Positions 1 to 11,116 are shown, numbered from the stretch's first letter. The stretch is 64,000 nt of DNA from an uncultured Bacteroidales bacterium (GCA_964619555.1 CAZUDV010000006.1:178394-242393), one strand, 5' to 3'. The notes: generated by a model not told the origin, from the sequence alone. A program made the numbers and translations.

Positions 1-1872
1 GTCATGATCCACCCAACCCTGCTGAGCCATGATGACCGGGACCAGGAAGAAAGTAAGGCCTACAACGCCACCTGCGACAGCCATCTCCTGTTTCTTTACT
101 TTCTTCTGTACCCAATCGATAATACCGAGAACGCCCAGGCCGATCCAGATGGCAAAAGCGTAAAATGATCCGGCATAGGCATAGTCCCGTTCCCTGGGTT
201 GTAACGGATGCTGATTCAGGAAAACCACAATGGCGATACCGGTCATCAGGAATAACAGAAAGACCACCAAGCTGTCGTTCCGGCTCTTCTTTATGTGATA
301 GAACAAACCGATCAGGCCGAGAAACAGGGGTAACATATAGAATTTATTGTGAGCGTTATTCTCCCGGCTGATGGGCAGGTCAGACTGGTTCCCGAGCCGG
401 CCGGAATCCAGAAAATTAAATCCGGATATCCAGTTGCCATGTTCAGGTTCACCCTGGCTTTCAATGTCATTCTGCCTACCGGCGAAATTCCAGAGAAAAT
501 ACCTGAAGTACATATGGCCGAGCTGGTATCTGAAAAAGAAACGCATATTCTCGATGAAGGTGGGTTTGTAGAGGGTCTCTGTGGTACCATCATTTTTAGT
601 GACAGTGATCGGGATCCCTTTTATTTTGCCATACTCCTTGTAGTATCTGATATGCCCGGGTTTAAGATTGCTCCACATCCTGGGAAAGAGAGTTGTAAAG
701 CGGGAATCGTAAACAGCTTCCGTTTCTTTCCGGTCATCCGTTACGACGTACTTCCCCTTGCTGGAGTCTTTGACATAGATCGGCGTACCATCCTTGTAAT
801 CGACTACCGGTGCATTATAATACTGCCCGTAATAGAGCGGGTAAGTGCCATACTGTTCCCGGTTCAGATAGGATAAAAGGCTGATCGCATCCTTCGGATT
901 GTTTTCATTGATCGGCGTATTGGCATTGGAACGGATGATCAGCATAAAGAATGAAGAGTAGCCGATCAGCAGATAAACAAAGGCAATTACAGCAAGGTTA
1001 AGCAGGTTCTTGTTTTTCCTGACCGAATAATGATGCCCCCAGACGATCAGGCCGATCAGCAGCATGAAATAGATGATTGTTCCCCAATTGAATGGCAGGC
1101 CTATGCTGTTGATGAAGAAAAGTTCAAAGGAACCGGCCAGTTTCACGATGCCCGGGATGAAGAAATACATCAGGAAAGCCAGTATAAGGATTGAAACGGT
1201 TCCGGCAATTATCATTCCCTTCCTGGTCGGCTTGAATTTCTTGAAATAATACACAAATGTCACCGCAGGAATGGCAAGCAGGTTCAACAGGTGTATTCCG
1301 ATGGAAAGTCCGATCAGGAACGCGATCAGGATAAGCCAGCGCAGGGAATGGGGCTCATGGGCCACCGTTTCCCACTTCAGTATTGCCCAGAAAGTAATGG
1401 CTGTAAAGAGTGATGACAGGGCGTACACCTCTCCTTCCGAGGCTGAGAACCAGAATGAATCCGAGAAAGTAAATGCCATTGAACCCACAAAAGCACTTCC
1501 GAAAATACTAATGACCTGGGCCATTGACATTTCCTGTTCAACCTTTACTATTTTACGGGCGAGCAGGGTAATGGTCCAGAACAGGAAAGCTATGGTCAAC
1601 GCACTGACCAGGGCCGACATCATATTGACCATCATAGCTACATTGGCAGTATTCCCAAATGCCAGCAAGGAAAAAAACCTTCCGAACAACTGGAAGGTCG
1701 GCGCACCAGGCGGATGCCCGACCTGAAGCTTATAGGCCGTTGAGATATACTCCCCGCAATCCCACCAGCTTGCCGTCGGTTCTAGGGTAAGCAGGTATAC
1801 AATGAATGCGATCAGAAACGATGCCCAGCCGAGGATAGTATTCCAGCGGAAGAAATCTTTTGGTGTGATCAT
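1..1872 (-). CDS. DUF2723 / GT-C-fold (TMEM260-like) polytopic membrane glycosyltransferase-like protein. Partial: the C-terminus runs off the left edge.
   Basis: Absent from the supplied ORF track. The reverse frame is open from the ATG (rc of 1870-1872) to base 1, 624 codons. The translation starts MITPKDFFRWNTILGW and contains SWWDCGEYISTAYKLQVGHPPGAPTFQLFGRFF, the signature N-terminus I associate with DUF2723. Many hydrophobic helices follow. Confidence 0.8.
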   Translation of the reverse strand, partial: MITPKDFFRWNTILGWASFLIAFIVYLLTLEPTASWWDCGEYISTAYKLQVGHPPGAPTFQLFGRFFSLLAFGNTANVAMMVNMMSALVSALTIAFLFWTITLLARKIVKVEQEMSMAQVISIFGSAFVGSMAFTFSDSFWFSASEGEVYALSSLFTAITFWAILKWETVAHEPHSLRWLILIAFLIGLSIGIHLLNLLAIPAVTFVYYFKKFKPTRKGMIIAGTVSILILAFLMYFFIPGIVKLAGSFELFFINSIGLPFNWGTIIYFMLLIGLIVWGHHYSVRKNKNLLNLAVIAFVYLLIGYSSFFMLIIRSNANTPINENNPKDAISLLSYLNREQYGTYPLYYGQYYNAPVVDYKDGTPIYVKDSSKGKYVVTDDRKETEAVYDSRFTTLFPRMWSNLKPGHIRYYKEYGKIKGIPITVTKNDGTTETLYKPTFIENMRFFFRYQLGHMYFRYFLWNFAGRQNDIESQGEPEHGNWISGFNFLDSGRLGNQSDLPISRENNAHNKFYMLPLFLGLIGLFYHIKKSRNDSLVVFLLFLMTGIAIVVFLNQHPLQPRERDYAYAGSFYAFAIWIGLGVLGIIDWVQKKVKKQEMAVAGGVVGLTFFLVPVIMAQQGWVDHD

Positions 1873-2067
1873 ATGATTCAATTTGGAGGTGCGAAGGTAG
1901 GAAGAATAATATTAATTCTAGCCCCTGTAATGATTTACATGTAAATACAAGGCCTCATAAGTCGGATTTCTTGCCGTATTGTATAGATTGACAGGACAAA
2001 TCCTGCCTTTTCCAATCGCTCTTCGAGAAATATTTAGGTTTTGAATGGCCGGGATTAAAAAATTTTC

Positions 2068-2075
2068 TAAATTTG
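2068..2075 (+). promoter_or_regulatory. Bacteroidota -7 promoter box (TAAATTTG, exact TAnnTTTG)
   Basis: Exact consensus match 23 nt upstream of tRNA-Gln position 1. Confidence 0.4.
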
Positions 2076-2098
2076 CACGCCCATTTCAGGGGACAGTT

Positions 2099-2171
2099 TG
2101 TCCGATGGTGTAACTGGCAACACGTCTGATTTTGGTTCAGAAGACTCCAGGTTCGAGTCCTGGTCGGACAA
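2099..2171 (+). tRNA. tRNA-Gln (anticodon UUG)
   Basis: Folded by hand. Acceptor stem TGTCCGA/TCGGACA (7 bp). D stem GTGT/ACAC with a GG-containing loop. Anticodon stem TCTGA/TCAGA with loop TTTTGGT (U33, anticodon TTG). 5-nt variable region. T stem CCAGG/CCTGG with loop TTCGAGT. Discriminator A. No encoded CCA. Confidence 0.85.
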
Positions 2172-2201
2172 CGGGATTAATGAAATAGTTAATCATGCGG
2201 G

Positions 2202-2219
2202 AGGGGACTGCGGTCCCCT
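2202..2219 (+). terminator. GC-rich hairpin after the tRNA (possible terminator or processing site)
   Basis: AGGGGAC-TGCG-GTCCCCT, a 7-bp stem with a 4-nt loop, followed by TCTTCATT. The U-tract is weak. Confidence 0.35.
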
Positions 2220-2244
2220 TCTTCATTACTAAAAAAACAAACGG

Positions 2245-2697
2245 ATGCAGGCCGGAAAAATAGCAGATATCGTGGAAAGCCATCTGAAAGGCTCCGACAA
2301 ATTCCTGGTGGATGTGATCATAAAACCGGGAAACCGGGTTTATGTCTTCATCGACGGGGATCATGGCGTCACTATCGATGATTGCGTCAGGATTAACCGT
2401 TTGCTGGAATCAAAACTGGACAGGGACGAAGAGGATTTTGAGATGATCGTCTCTTCTGCCGGCGCTGACCAGCCTCTCAGGCTTCCCAGGCAATATGTGA
2501 AAAATATCGGCAGGTCCCTTCATCTCAGACTTAATGATAACAGCGAGATGAAAGGGAAACTGAAAAAAGTTGACGACAACGGCATTTTAATCCTTACTGA
2601 TGGGGACAGGAAAAAGAAGACGCCACCCGTGGAACTGCCGGTCAGTTTCAATGAAATCAAAGAGGCAAAAGTCATCATATCATTTAAATTAACGTAA
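2245..2697 (+). CDS. rimP: ribosome maturation factor RimP
   Basis: 150 aa, directly upstream of nusA-infB (conserved operon order). The N-terminal region IVESHLKGSDKFLVDV is RimP-like. Confidence 0.85.
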   Translation: MQAGKIADIVESHLKGSDKFLVDVIIKPGNRVYVFIDGDHGVTIDDCVRINRLLESKLDRDEEDFEMIVSSAGADQPLRLPRQYVKNIGRSLHLRLNDNSEMKGKLKKVDDNGILILTDGDRKKKTPPVELPVSFNEIKEAKVIISFKLT

Positions 2698-2720
2698 AAC
2701 CAGGCATAAAAATCTAACTC

Positions 2721-3953
2721 ATGGACCATATCAATCTGATAGAAACTTTTTCGGAATTCAAGGAATTTAAAAATATCGACCGGGAAACGATGATGCGCAT
2801 CCTGGAAGATGTATTCCGTCATATGCTTCAGAAACGCTTCGGCAGTGATGAAAATTTCGAGATCATTGTCAATATCGACCGTGGCGACCTGGAAATCTGG
2901 CGTAACCGTGAGATCGTGGAAGACGGAATGGTAGAGGATGACAATACGCAGATAGCATTTTCCGATGCCATCAAGATAGAGCCGGACTTCGAAGTGGGTG
3001 AAGAAGTTTCGGAAGAATTAAAACTGGAAGACTTCGGCCGCAGGGAGATCCTGGCCATCCGGCAGAATCTGGTCTCCAAGGTAATGGAATACGAAAAGGA
3101 CAGCATTTACCGGAAATACAAGGAAAAAGTCGGAGAGATCATAACCGGGGAGGTTTACCAGGTGTGGAAAAAAGAGATCCTGGTACTCGACGATGAAGGT
3201 TATGAACTGAGCCTGCCGAAACAGGAACAGATACCGTCGGACTTTTACCGCAAGGGCGATACCCTCCGGGCGGTGGTTTCCCGTGTGGAAATGAAGAACA
3301 ACACTCCTGCTATCGTGCTTTCCAGGACTTCACCCGTCTTCCTGGAAAGGTTGTTCGAATCGGAAGTTCCGGAAATATACGACGGCCTGATCACGATCAA
3401 GAAAATCGTACGGGTCCCCGGAGAAAGAGCCAAAGTAGCCGTCGAATCATATGACGACCGGATTGACCCTGTCGGCGCCTGCGTCGGGATGAAAGGTTCC
3501 AGGATTCACGGGATAGTCAGGGAACTCAAGAATGAGAATATCGACGTCATCAATTATACCAATAACGCTACCCTGTTCATCCAAAGGGCGCTCAGTCCGG
3601 CAAAGATCAGCTCCATCCAGCTGGATGATCCAAATAAAAAGGCAGAAGTTTACATGAAACCCGATCAGGTTTCGCTTGCCATTGGCAAAGGAGGGTATAA
3701 CATCAAACTGGCTGGCAAGCTGACTGGCTATGAAATTGACGTGTACCGTGAAGATGTTGATTCAGAAGATGTTGACCTTCAGGAATTCTCCGATGAAATC
3801 GATCAGTGGATCATCGATGAACTGAAAACGATCGGATGCGATACCGCCAAAAGTGTCCTCGAACTGGAAGTGAAGGAACTGGTTAAAAGAACTGACCTCG
3901 AAGAAGAAACCATCAAGGAGGTTATTCGTATACTTAAGGCCGAATTCGAATAA
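2721..3953 (+). CDS. nusA: transcription termination/antitermination factor NusA
   Basis: 410 aa. S1 domain (GEVYQVWKKEILVLDD), KH motifs (PVGACVGMKGSRI and SLAIGKGGYNIKLA), and rimP-nusA-infB synteny. Confidence 0.95.
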   Translation: MDHINLIETFSEFKEFKNIDRETMMRILEDVFRHMLQKRFGSDENFEIIVNIDRGDLEIWRNREIVEDGMVEDDNTQIAFSDAIKIEPDFEVGEEVSEELKLEDFGRREILAIRQNLVSKVMEYEKDSIYRKYKEKVGEIITGEVYQVWKKEILVLDDEGYELSLPKQEQIPSDFYRKGDTLRAVVSRVEMKNNTPAIVLSRTSPVFLERLFESEVPEIYDGLITIKKIVRVPGERAKVAVESYDDRIDPVGACVGMKGSRIHGIVRELKNENIDVINYTNNATLFIQRALSPAKISSIQLDDPNKKAEVYMKPDQVSLAIGKGGYNIKLAGKLTGYEIDVYREDVDSEDVDLQEFSDEIDQWIIDELKTIGCDTAKSVLELEVKELVKRTDLEEETIKEVIRILKAEFE

Positions 3954-3959
3954 AATTAA

Positions 3960-3967
3960 TATCTTTG
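3960..3967 (+). promoter_or_regulatory. -7 box TATCTTTG between nusA and infB (possible internal promoter)
   Basis: Exact TAnnTTTG match, 44 nt upstream of the infB ATG. Confidence 0.35.
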
Positions 3968-4011
3968 CACCGCTTTTTTAAAAAATAGCCGTAAAAACAA
4001 AAGGTTCCTGA

Positions 4012-6957
4012 ATGACAGAAGAGTTAAAACCATACAGGTTAAAGAAAGCCGCTACCGAGCTTAATGTAGGAATTTCCACAATCGTGGAATTTCTGCATAA
4101 GAAAGGTATTGTGATCGAGGAAAATCCGAATACCAAGATCACGCAGGATATCTTTGCCATGCTGGTTAAGGAATATCAGTCCGATAAAGCCGCAAAGGAT
4201 GAAGCGATGAAGATCGGGCTTTCTTTTGTCAAACACGAGTCGATCGTACTGGATGAAAAAGGGGCAAAAGCACGGCAGGCTGAACCGGAAACTGAACCAG
4301 AAGAACTCTTTATCAAGAGTTCAACGGTTACTTATGACGATTCCGTTATTCCAAAAGAAAAGAAATCGACCAGGAAAACAGAGGAAGAAAAACCTGAAGA
4401 AGTAAAACCTGTCCCGGCTCCCTCCAAACCAAAACCTGCTGAGCCTGAAAAAGACCGGGAGGTCGTCCCGAAAGCGAAAACGGAACCGAAACCCGCCGAA
4501 GAGCCGAAGATCCCTGCCGAAAAAGAACCGGTTGCGGCAGAAGAAGATGAAAAGACAGAGTCTTCCCTGAAAGTGCTGGGAAAAATAGACCTCGACAGCC
4601 TGAACCAGAAAACCCGCCCTGCCAAGAAATCCAGGGAGGAAAAGAAGGCGGAAGCAGCGAAAAAGGCAACCGAGAAACAAGAAAAGACCCTGGAGAAAGA
4701 AAAACCTGCTGAAAAAGCTGAGAAAATGACCGAACCACCGGCAGAGATCAAAGAACCGGTCGTTGAACAGCCCAAACCCCAGGAACAAAAACCTGTAAGG
4801 GATGCGAATTTCATTCCGACCCGCTTTGAGAAACTCGACGGACCAAAGATCCTGGGTAAAATTGAAGTCCCTGAACCTGCCAAGAGCGTGAAGCCGGTAG
4901 CATCGTCAACCGATGAGAAACTTCAGCTGAAGAAGAAAAAACGGAAGCGTATCCGCCAGGAAAAACTCGAAGACCAGCCGGAACAAAAGGAAGCCAAGGA
5001 ACGCCAGAAGCCGAGGTCCAGGAAAAAGGAACATTACAAGCCTGAACCTTCGGAAGAGGAAATCCAGAAACAGATCAAGGAAACCCTTGCGAGACTTGCT
5101 CCCACGGGTAAATCCAAAACTTCCAAATACCGCAGGCAAAAGCGCGAAAGCATCCGCGAAGAGATAGAAATTGAACGCCAGAAGGCCGAAGAGGAAAAGA
5201 AAATACTCAAGGTCACTGAATTCGTTACGGTCAATGAAATGGCCAATATGATGAATGTCCCGGTGATCGAGATCATTTCTACCTTTATGCAGTTGGGGAT
5301 GTTCGTGAATATAAACCAGCGACTGAATGCGGAAAGCCTAGCCCTGGTGGCGGAGGAATTTGGCTATAAAGTCGAATTCGTCAGCGTAGAAGTGCAGGAA
5401 GCCATTGAACAGGCACAGGAAGAAACCGATCCGGAGGATAAGCTTTCTGAACGGCCGCCCATTGTGACCGTTATGGGGCACGTTGACCACGGGAAGACCA
5501 AACTTCTGGACTTTATCAGGAACACCAATGTGGTAGCCGGGGAAGCCGGTGGTATTACACAGCATATTGGCGCTTACGAAGTCCAGCTTGAGAACCGAAA
5601 AAAGATAACCTTCCTCGATACGCCGGGCCATGAAGCTTTTACGGCCATGCGTGCCAGGGGGGCCATGGTGACAGACGTTGCCATTATCGTTATTGCAGCC
5701 GATGATGATGTCATGCCGCAAACAGTGGAAGCTATCAATCACGCCCAGGCTGCCAACGTCCCTATCGTTTTTGCCATCAATAAAGTCGATAAACCTACGG
5801 CCAATCCTGAAAAGATCAAGGAACAACTGGCCAAGATGAATATATTGGTGGAAGACTGGGGCGGAAAATATCAATCCCAGGAAATATCTGCCAAGCAGGG
5901 ACTCAACGTGGGCCTGCTGCTGGATAAGGTATTGCTGGAAGCTGAAATGCTGGAGCTGAAAGCCAATCCGGGCAGACTGGCCTATGGGGCTGTACTGGAA
6001 TCCTCCCTTGACAAGGGCCGTGGATATGTGGCCAAGGTGCTGGTACAGAACGGCAGTCTGCGCATCGGTGACATAGTACTTGCCGGAGCTCATTTCGGCA
6101 AGGTCAAAGCCATGTATAACGAGCGAAACCTCAGGATCGACGTTGCCGGGCCCAGCACGCCCGTGCTCCTGCTGGGGCTCGATGGTGCACCCCAGGCCGG
6201 GGATAAATTCAACGTCATGAGGGATGAGCGTGAGGCCAAGGCCATCGCCAACAAAAGGATCCAGTTGCAGCGCGAACAGGGGATCCGCTCCCAGAAACAT
6301 ATCACTCTCGATGAAATTGGCCGTCGAATCGCAATCGGTGATTTCAAGGAATTAAACCTTATTGTGAAAGGCGATGTCGATGGTTCGGTAGAGGCTCTGT
6401 CAGATTCTCTCCTGAAGCAGTCCACCAATGAGGTGCAGGTTAACGTCATCCACAAATCTGTTGGCCAGGTAACTGAATCAGACGTTTTGCTGGCCTCTGC
6501 ATCCAATGCCATTATAGTCGGTTTCCAGGTAAGGCCATCGCTCGGCGCACGTAAACTGGCCGAAAAAGAACAGATTGAAATCAGGACTTACTCCATCATT
6601 TACCAGGCAATCGAAGAGATCAAGGCTGCTATAGAAGGCATGCTTTCTCCCGATATTGAAGAACGTATTACCTCCAATATTGAAATCAGGGAGGTCTTTA
6701 AAATTTCCAAAGTCGGTACTGTTGCCGGATGTTATGTTCTGGACGGTAAAATCGGCAGAAATACCCGGATCAGGGTCATCCGCGACGGGATTGTGGTTTA
6801 TACCGGTAAACTGGGGTCACTCAAACGGTTTAAGGAAGATGTGAAAGAGGTAGCAGCCGGATTTGAATGTGGGCTGAACATCGAGAATTTCAACGATATC
6901 AAGGTTGGTGATATCATCGAAGGATTCGAGGAAGTAGAAGTAAAGCGGAAGCTTTAG
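4012..6957 (+). CDS. infB: translation initiation factor IF-2
   Basis: 981 aa. GTPase motifs [13 protein letters not shown] and NKVD. Long K/E/P-rich N-terminal region typical of IF-2. Confidence 0.95.
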   Translation: MTEELKPYRLKKAATELNVGISTIVEFLHKKGIVIEENPNTKITQDIFAMLVKEYQSDKAAKDEAMKIGLSFVKHESIVLDEKGAKARQAEPETEPEELFIKSSTVTYDDSVIPKEKKSTRKTEEEKPEEVKPVPAPSKPKPAEPEKDREVVPKAKTEPKPAEEPKIPAEKEPVAAEEDEKTESSLKVLGKIDLDSLNQKTRPAKKSREEKKAEAAKKATEKQEKTLEKEKPAEKAEKMTEPPAEIKEPVVEQPKPQEQKPVRDANFIPTRFEKLDGPKILGKIEVPEPAKSVKPVASSTDEKLQLKKKKRKRIRQEKLEDQPEQKEAKERQKPRSRKKEHYKPEPSEEEIQKQIKETLARLAPTGKSKTSKYRRQKRESIREEIEIERQKAEEEKKILKVTEFVTVNEMANMMNVPVIEIISTFMQLGMFVNINQRLNAESLALVAEEFGYKVEFVSVEVQEAIEQAQEETDPEDKLSERPPIVTVMGHVDHGKTKLLDFIRNTNVVAGEAGGITQHIGAYEVQLENRKKITFLDTPGHEAFTAMRARGAMVTDVAIIVIAADDDVMPQTVEAINHAQAANVPIVFAINKVDKPTANPEKIKEQLAKMNILVEDWGGKYQSQEISAKQGLNVGLLLDKVLLEAEMLELKANPGRLAYGAVLESSLDKGRGYVAKVLVQNGSLRIGDIVLAGAHFGKVKAMYNERNLRIDVAGPSTPVLLLGLDGAPQAGDKFNVMRDEREAKAIANKRIQLQREQGIRSQKHITLDEIGRRIAIGDFKELNLIVKGDVDGSVEALSDSLLKQSTNEVQVNVIHKSVGQVTESDVLLASASNAIIVGFQVRPSLGARKLAEKEQIEIRTYSIIYQAIEEIKAAIEGMLSPDIEERITSNIEIREVFKISKVGTVAGCYVLDGKIGRNTRIRVIRDGIVVYTGKLGSLKRFKEDVKEVAAGFECGLNIENFNDIKVGDIIEGFEEVEVKRKL

Positions 6958-8246
6958 AACAGAAGCGTTTGCTCCCGGTCCGGTCCGTATGACAGACCCA
7001 GGAAGGGGACACCGGTTTTTTCACCTATAAAATCCAGGTAATTTTTCAATGCCGGAGGCATGGCATCGTAGCCACCTTTCAGGTTCCCCAGAGAGGTACC
7101 CCAACCCTGCAAATCATCGTAAACCGGGTCTGTCGACTGCATCAGGAAGTCATAGGGCACCCTGTCATCCCTTTTATTTCCGGATAAATAACCCGTTGCA
7201 ATCCGGATCGTACCGAAATCGTTCAGCACATCGGTCTTCATCATAAAAAGGCTGGTTACCCCGTTGATCATGACCGAATATTTCAAAGCTACCAGGTCCA
7301 GCCAACCGCAACGTCGTGGTCTTCCTGTTGTCGAGCCGTATTCCCTCCCCTGCTGCCGTAGCTGGTCTCCGGTTTCCCCCTCGAGTTCGGTGGGAAAAGG
7401 ACCACTGCCGACCCTGGTGCAATAAGCTTTGAAAACGCCTATCACTTCACCGATCTGACCGGGATTGACCCCCAGGCCGGTGCAGACACCACCGATCGAT
7501 GTGTTGGAGGAAGTGACAAAAGGGTATGAACCGAAATCCACATCCAGCATAGTGCCCTGGGCCCCTTCCGCCAGCACTTTCTTACCCGATGCCAGCCCTT
7601 CGTGTATAAAGTAATCCGAATCGACCAGGTTGAGGCGGCGCATGAAACCGATCGCGTCAAGCCAGGCTTGTTCGTATTCTACCAGGATCATCCCGTCAAT
7701 CGGGTGTTCCGAATATTCAAATCCATAGAAACGAAGCAATTTCAGATGCTTATCCCTCATATTCCGATAGACGGCTTCGAAATTACTCCTGAGAATATCG
7801 CCTACCCTGAGGCCATTCCGTGCGGTCTTATCGGTGTAAGTGGGTCCTATGCCTTTCAGGGTCGACCCGATCTTAGATGCCCCGAGCGCTTTTTCATGCG
7901 CGGCATCCAGCAGGCGATGGGTCGGGAGGATCAGGTGTGCCCGTTTGGAGACAAAAAGGTTTGAGGTAGTGTCCACACCGTGCGACGCCAGGTTTTCAAT
8001 CTCTTTTCTGAATATGAAAGGATCCAGGATCACGCCATTCCCGACCAGGTTTATTTTTTCGGGATAGAAAATCCCGGAAGGGATCGTGTGAAGGATGAAT
8101 TTCTGATTTTTAAACTCAATCGTGTGGCCGGCATTGGGACCGCCCTGAAAACGTGCAACAATATCATAACGGGGAGTAAGGACATCCACAATTTTCCCCT
8201 TGCCCTCATCTCCCCACTGAAGGCCGAGGATTACATCTACTTTCAT
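6954..8246 (-). CDS. purA: adenylosuccinate synthase
   Basis: 430 aa. N-terminus GLQWGDEGKGKIVD plus GPNAGHT and TTGRPRRCGW motifs. Confidence 0.95.
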   Translation of the reverse strand: MKVDVILGLQWGDEGKGKIVDVLTPRYDIVARFQGGPNAGHTIEFKNQKFILHTIPSGIFYPEKINLVGNGVILDPFIFRKEIENLASHGVDTTSNLFVSKRAHLILPTHRLLDAAHEKALGASKIGSTLKGIGPTYTDKTARNGLRVGDILRSNFEAVYRNMRDKHLKLLRFYGFEYSEHPIDGMILVEYEQAWLDAIGFMRRLNLVDSDYFIHEGLASGKKVLAEGAQGTMLDVDFGSYPFVTSSNTSIGGVCTGLGVNPGQIGEVIGVFKAYCTRVGSGPFPTELEGETGDQLRQQGREYGSTTGRPRRCGWLDLVALKYSVMINGVTSLFMMKTDVLNDFGTIRIATGYLSGNKRDDRVPYDFLMQSTDPVYDDLQGWGTSLGNLKGGYDAMPPALKNYLDFIGEKTGVPFLGLSYGPDREQTLLF

Positions 8247-8266
8247 TTTAATGGTCTGGTATAAAT

Positions 8267-8740
8267 CTAGTTAACGTGGGATGGCTCTTTCTGGTCTTCC
8301 AGGCAGTGACCATAGAAGGTCAGTGAATGATGTGATACTTTAACTTTCAGAACTTCCTCCACATATCTCCTGATGTCTTCCACTCTTGGATCGGAGAATT
8401 CCATGACTTTTCCTGTGTCAACGCATATGAAATGATCATGCTTTTTGAACTTGTAGGAACGTTCAAACTGCGCACAATTATTTCCAAACTGATGTTTGGT
8501 GACCAGATTGCAATCCAGAAGCAATTCAATGGTATTGTAAAGTGTTGCCCTGCTAACCCTGTATTTATTGTTCTTCATGCGGATATAAAGGGTTTCGATG
8601 TCAAAATGCCCGTCTGTGTTGTAAATCTCTTTCAGGATGGTGAACCGCTCCGGTGTCTTTCGGTGGCCCCGTTGTTCGAGATATTCGGTAAACAACTTCT
8701 TTACAGTTTCAAAAGCATCAGTCTGTTCTCTGTCTTTCAT
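8267..8740 (-). CDS. fur: Fur family transcriptional regulator
   Basis: 157 aa. Winged-helix region ([14 protein letters not shown]) and a C-terminal metal site with HxH/Cys residues ([10 protein letters not shown] ... [10 protein letters not shown]). Confidence 0.85.
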   Translation of the reverse strand: MKDREQTDAFETVKKLFTEYLEQRGHRKTPERFTILKEIYNTDGHFDIETLYIRMKNNKYRVSRATLYNTIELLLDCNLVTKHQFGNNCAQFERSYKFKKHDHFICVDTGKVMEFSDPRVEDIRRYVEEVLKVKVSHHSLTFYGHCLEDQKEPSHVN

Positions 8741-8850
8741 CTAATCCATTTTAGAAAACCGCATAAAATTAAATAAAATCTTTATTATAATTTGGTATAA
8801 ATAAAAATAATTTTTCGGTTTGCTAAAACCAGTGGAGTTTCAAATTCAGC

Positions 8851-11085
8851 TTATTCTTTAAACCGGTCGATCCGGGAAACTTTGATCACCTCCTTGACTT
8901 TCATCAGGTTTTCGATGACCTTGTTCAGGGCTTCGGTATCATTGACATAAAGCATGACACTGCCCTCCGTCATCCCTTCGCTGGTATCGAGATGAAATGA
9001 ACGGATATTAATATTGTGTTTTTCCGTGATGATTTCCGTTATTTTCCGGATGAATCCCTTCTTGTCCACTCCCTGGATCTTTATACCTGTCAGGAACCCG
9101 ATCGATTCCTTATTCTTCCATTTGGCTTTGATGATCCTTTTGCCGTATTTGGACATCAGGTCGATGGCTTCGCGGCAATTGGTGCGGTGGATATCGATAG
9201 ATCCCTGTTCATTCATAAAACCGACCACATCATCTCCCGGGATCGGGCTGCAACACCTGGCCACCGCATATTTGATCTGGGTGATATCGTCGCCGAGAAG
9301 CAGGGATTCAGGCTTATCGCGCAACTTCTCGACTATCGTCTCGGATAGACTTTGGTTGTTGGCCGGTTTGGACCGTATGAACGGCCTGCTCAGGTAGCTG
9401 AACAGGTTTCGTTTCTCACCTTCCTGAGTGAATAACTTCACTTCTGGCGCCCCGATATCTCCATTGGAGACCATCTTGAACAAATCTTCGGCGGTCGTGA
9501 TCTTGTGAAATTCCATGAATTTCTGGAGGGTATCCTTATCGTCGGAAAGGTTATTTTGATGCAACAGCAGACCGAGTTTTTCCTTCCCGATCAGTTGTTG
9601 CTTTTTGCGGTGGTCCTTTAGGTATTGTTTGATATTGGTCCTGGCCCTGGCAGTCACGGCCGATTTGAGCCAATCGTCGTCCGGAATGATGCTGTGCGAG
9701 GTGAGTACTTCCACCTGGTCACCGTTTCGCAGGGTATGTTTTCGCGTCACCAGCACCTGGTTCACTTTAGCCCCGATGCAGTGTTTCCCGATTTCAGTAT
9801 GAACGGCATAGGCAAAATCCAAAACGGTCGAACCCGCCGGAAGCGTTTTCAGATCGCCCGCGGGAGTATAAGCGTAAATCTCATCGGCAAAAAGGTTAAG
9901 CTTGAAATCGCTCACGAAATCGAGTGCGTCGCTGTCTTCATCCTTCAGCATATCCCTGATCTTGTTCAGCCACTCCTCTATTCCGGTTTCCGAATCAATT
10001 GTTTCCTTGTATTTCCAGTGAGCGGCATAGCCCTTTTCTGCTATTTCATCCATACGCCGGCTGCGAATCTGGATCTCCACCCAACGGCCCGTCTGGCTCA
10101 TCACGGTTGTATGAAGGGCTTCATAACCATTGGCTTTGGGAATGGATATCCAGTCCCTTAAACGGATATGATTAGGCCTGTAATGGTCGGTTATAATGGA
10201 ATACACTTTCCAGCATTCCGATTTCTCCAGCTCCATGGTTGTATCAATCACAATTCGAACGGCAAAAAGATCATAAACCTCTTCAAAAGGTATTTCTTTC
10301 TTTTGCATCTTATTCCAGATGGAGAACACACTTTTTTCCCTGGTAAAAATCTGAAACTTGATACCCTTCAGCCTCATATCCCTTTTAATAGGGTAGATGA
10401 AGCGGTTGGTGAATTTTAACCGTTCTTCCTTTGAAGCGATCAACTTCTGTTTGATGGAATAATAGACATCCGGTTCGGTGGATCTCAAAGAGAGATCCTC
10501 CAGTTCGCTTTTGATGGTAAAAAGGCCCAGCCGGTGTGCAAGGGGTGCATATAAGTATATAGTTTCAGAGGATATTTTCAACTGTTTATCCTTCGGCAGA
10601 GCTTCCAGGGTTCGCATATTATGCAAACGGTCAGCCAGTTTGATCAGGATGACCCGTACATCCTTGGCCAGTGTGAGCAGTATTTTCCTGAAGTTTTCAG
10701 CCTGGGGGGATGCAGCCGGATCGACAATGATATCTTCAATTTTAGTAAGACCGTCGATGATACCGGCTATTTTGCCGCCAAAGTGAAACCGTATGTCATC
10801 CAAACTATACTCGGTATCTTCAACTACATCGTGGAGAAGCGCACAAATGATGGATGTGGTGCCCAGGCCTATTTCCCCGGCAACAATGGTAGCTACTTCG
10901 AGGGGATGATAAATATAAGGTTCGCCGGAGTGACGCCTCATATCCTTATGCGCTTCCGCTGCGAGGTCAAAGGCCCTGCGTACTTTCTTCTTATCTTCTT
11001 TATTTTTCGAATGCCAGACCCGCAGCAGGTTCCGGTACCGCTTGATGATCTCTTTCTTTTCTATTTCCGGGGTCTGTGGGTACAT
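8851..11085 (-). CDS. relA: bifunctional (p)ppGpp synthetase/hydrolase (RelA/SpoT homolog)
   Basis: 744 aa. HD hydrolase motif (HPLEVA ... LHDVVEDT), synthetase domain (YEALHTTV, EIQIRSRRMD), and TGS and ACT-like C-terminal regions. Confidence 0.95.
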   Translation of the reverse strand: MYPQTPEIEKKEIIKRYRNLLRVWHSKNKEDKKKVRRAFDLAAEAHKDMRRHSGEPYIYHPLEVATIVAGEIGLGTTSIICALLHDVVEDTEYSLDDIRFHFGGKIAGIIDGLTKIEDIIVDPAASPQAENFRKILLTLAKDVRVILIKLADRLHNMRTLEALPKDKQLKISSETIYLYAPLAHRLGLFTIKSELEDLSLRSTEPDVYYSIKQKLIASKEERLKFTNRFIYPIKRDMRLKGIKFQIFTREKSVFSIWNKMQKKEIPFEEVYDLFAVRIVIDTTMELEKSECWKVYSIITDHYRPNHIRLRDWISIPKANGYEALHTTVMSQTGRWVEIQIRSRRMDEIAEKGYAAHWKYKETIDSETGIEEWLNKIRDMLKDEDSDALDFVSDFKLNLFADEIYAYTPAGDLKTLPAGSTVLDFAYAVHTEIGKHCIGAKVNQVLVTRKHTLRNGDQVEVLTSHSIIPDDDWLKSAVTARARTNIKQYLKDHRKKQQLIGKEKLGLLLHQNNLSDDKDTLQKFMEFHKITTAEDLFKMVSNGDIGAPEVKLFTQEGEKRNLFSYLSRPFIRSKPANNQSLSETIVEKLRDKPESLLLGDDITQIKYAVARCCSPIPGDDVVGFMNEQGSIDIHRTNCREAIDLMSKYGKRIIKAKWKNKESIGFLTGIKIQGVDKKGFIRKITEIITEKHNINIRSFHLDTSEGMTEGSVMLYVNDTEALNKVIENLMKVKEVIKVSRIDRFKE

Positions 11086-11108
11086 AAAAATAAGGCTGTC
11101 CGCCCATA

Positions 11109-11116
11109 CAAATTTA
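11109..11116 (-). promoter_or_regulatory. -7 box (TAAATTTG on the minus strand) for relA
   Basis: Exact TAnnTTTG match, 23 nt upstream of the relA ATG. Confidence 0.45.

Noticed and set aside
349-1726. Plus-strand ORFs 349-876 and 1271-1726
   Set aside because: They are antisense to the full-length DUF2723 frame, which explains the region.
2137-2364. 75-aa minus-strand ORF
   Set aside because: It overlaps the tRNA-Gln gene and the rimP start, so it is spurious.
4321-4883. Three long minus-strand ORFs (130-183 aa) opposite the infB N-terminal region
   Set aside because: They are shadow frames of the K/E/P-rich, GA-rich coding repeat of IF-2. Their translations are low-complexity F/S/R/L strings with no start context.
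5338-6300. 320-aa minus-strand ORF
   Set aside because: It lies entirely antisense to the highly conserved IF-2 GTPase domain and has no recognisable motifs.
8741-8800. Possible Fur box upstream of fur
   Set aside because: The region is AT-rich, but I could not find a convincing match to the 19-bp GATAATGATAATCATTATC-type palindrome.
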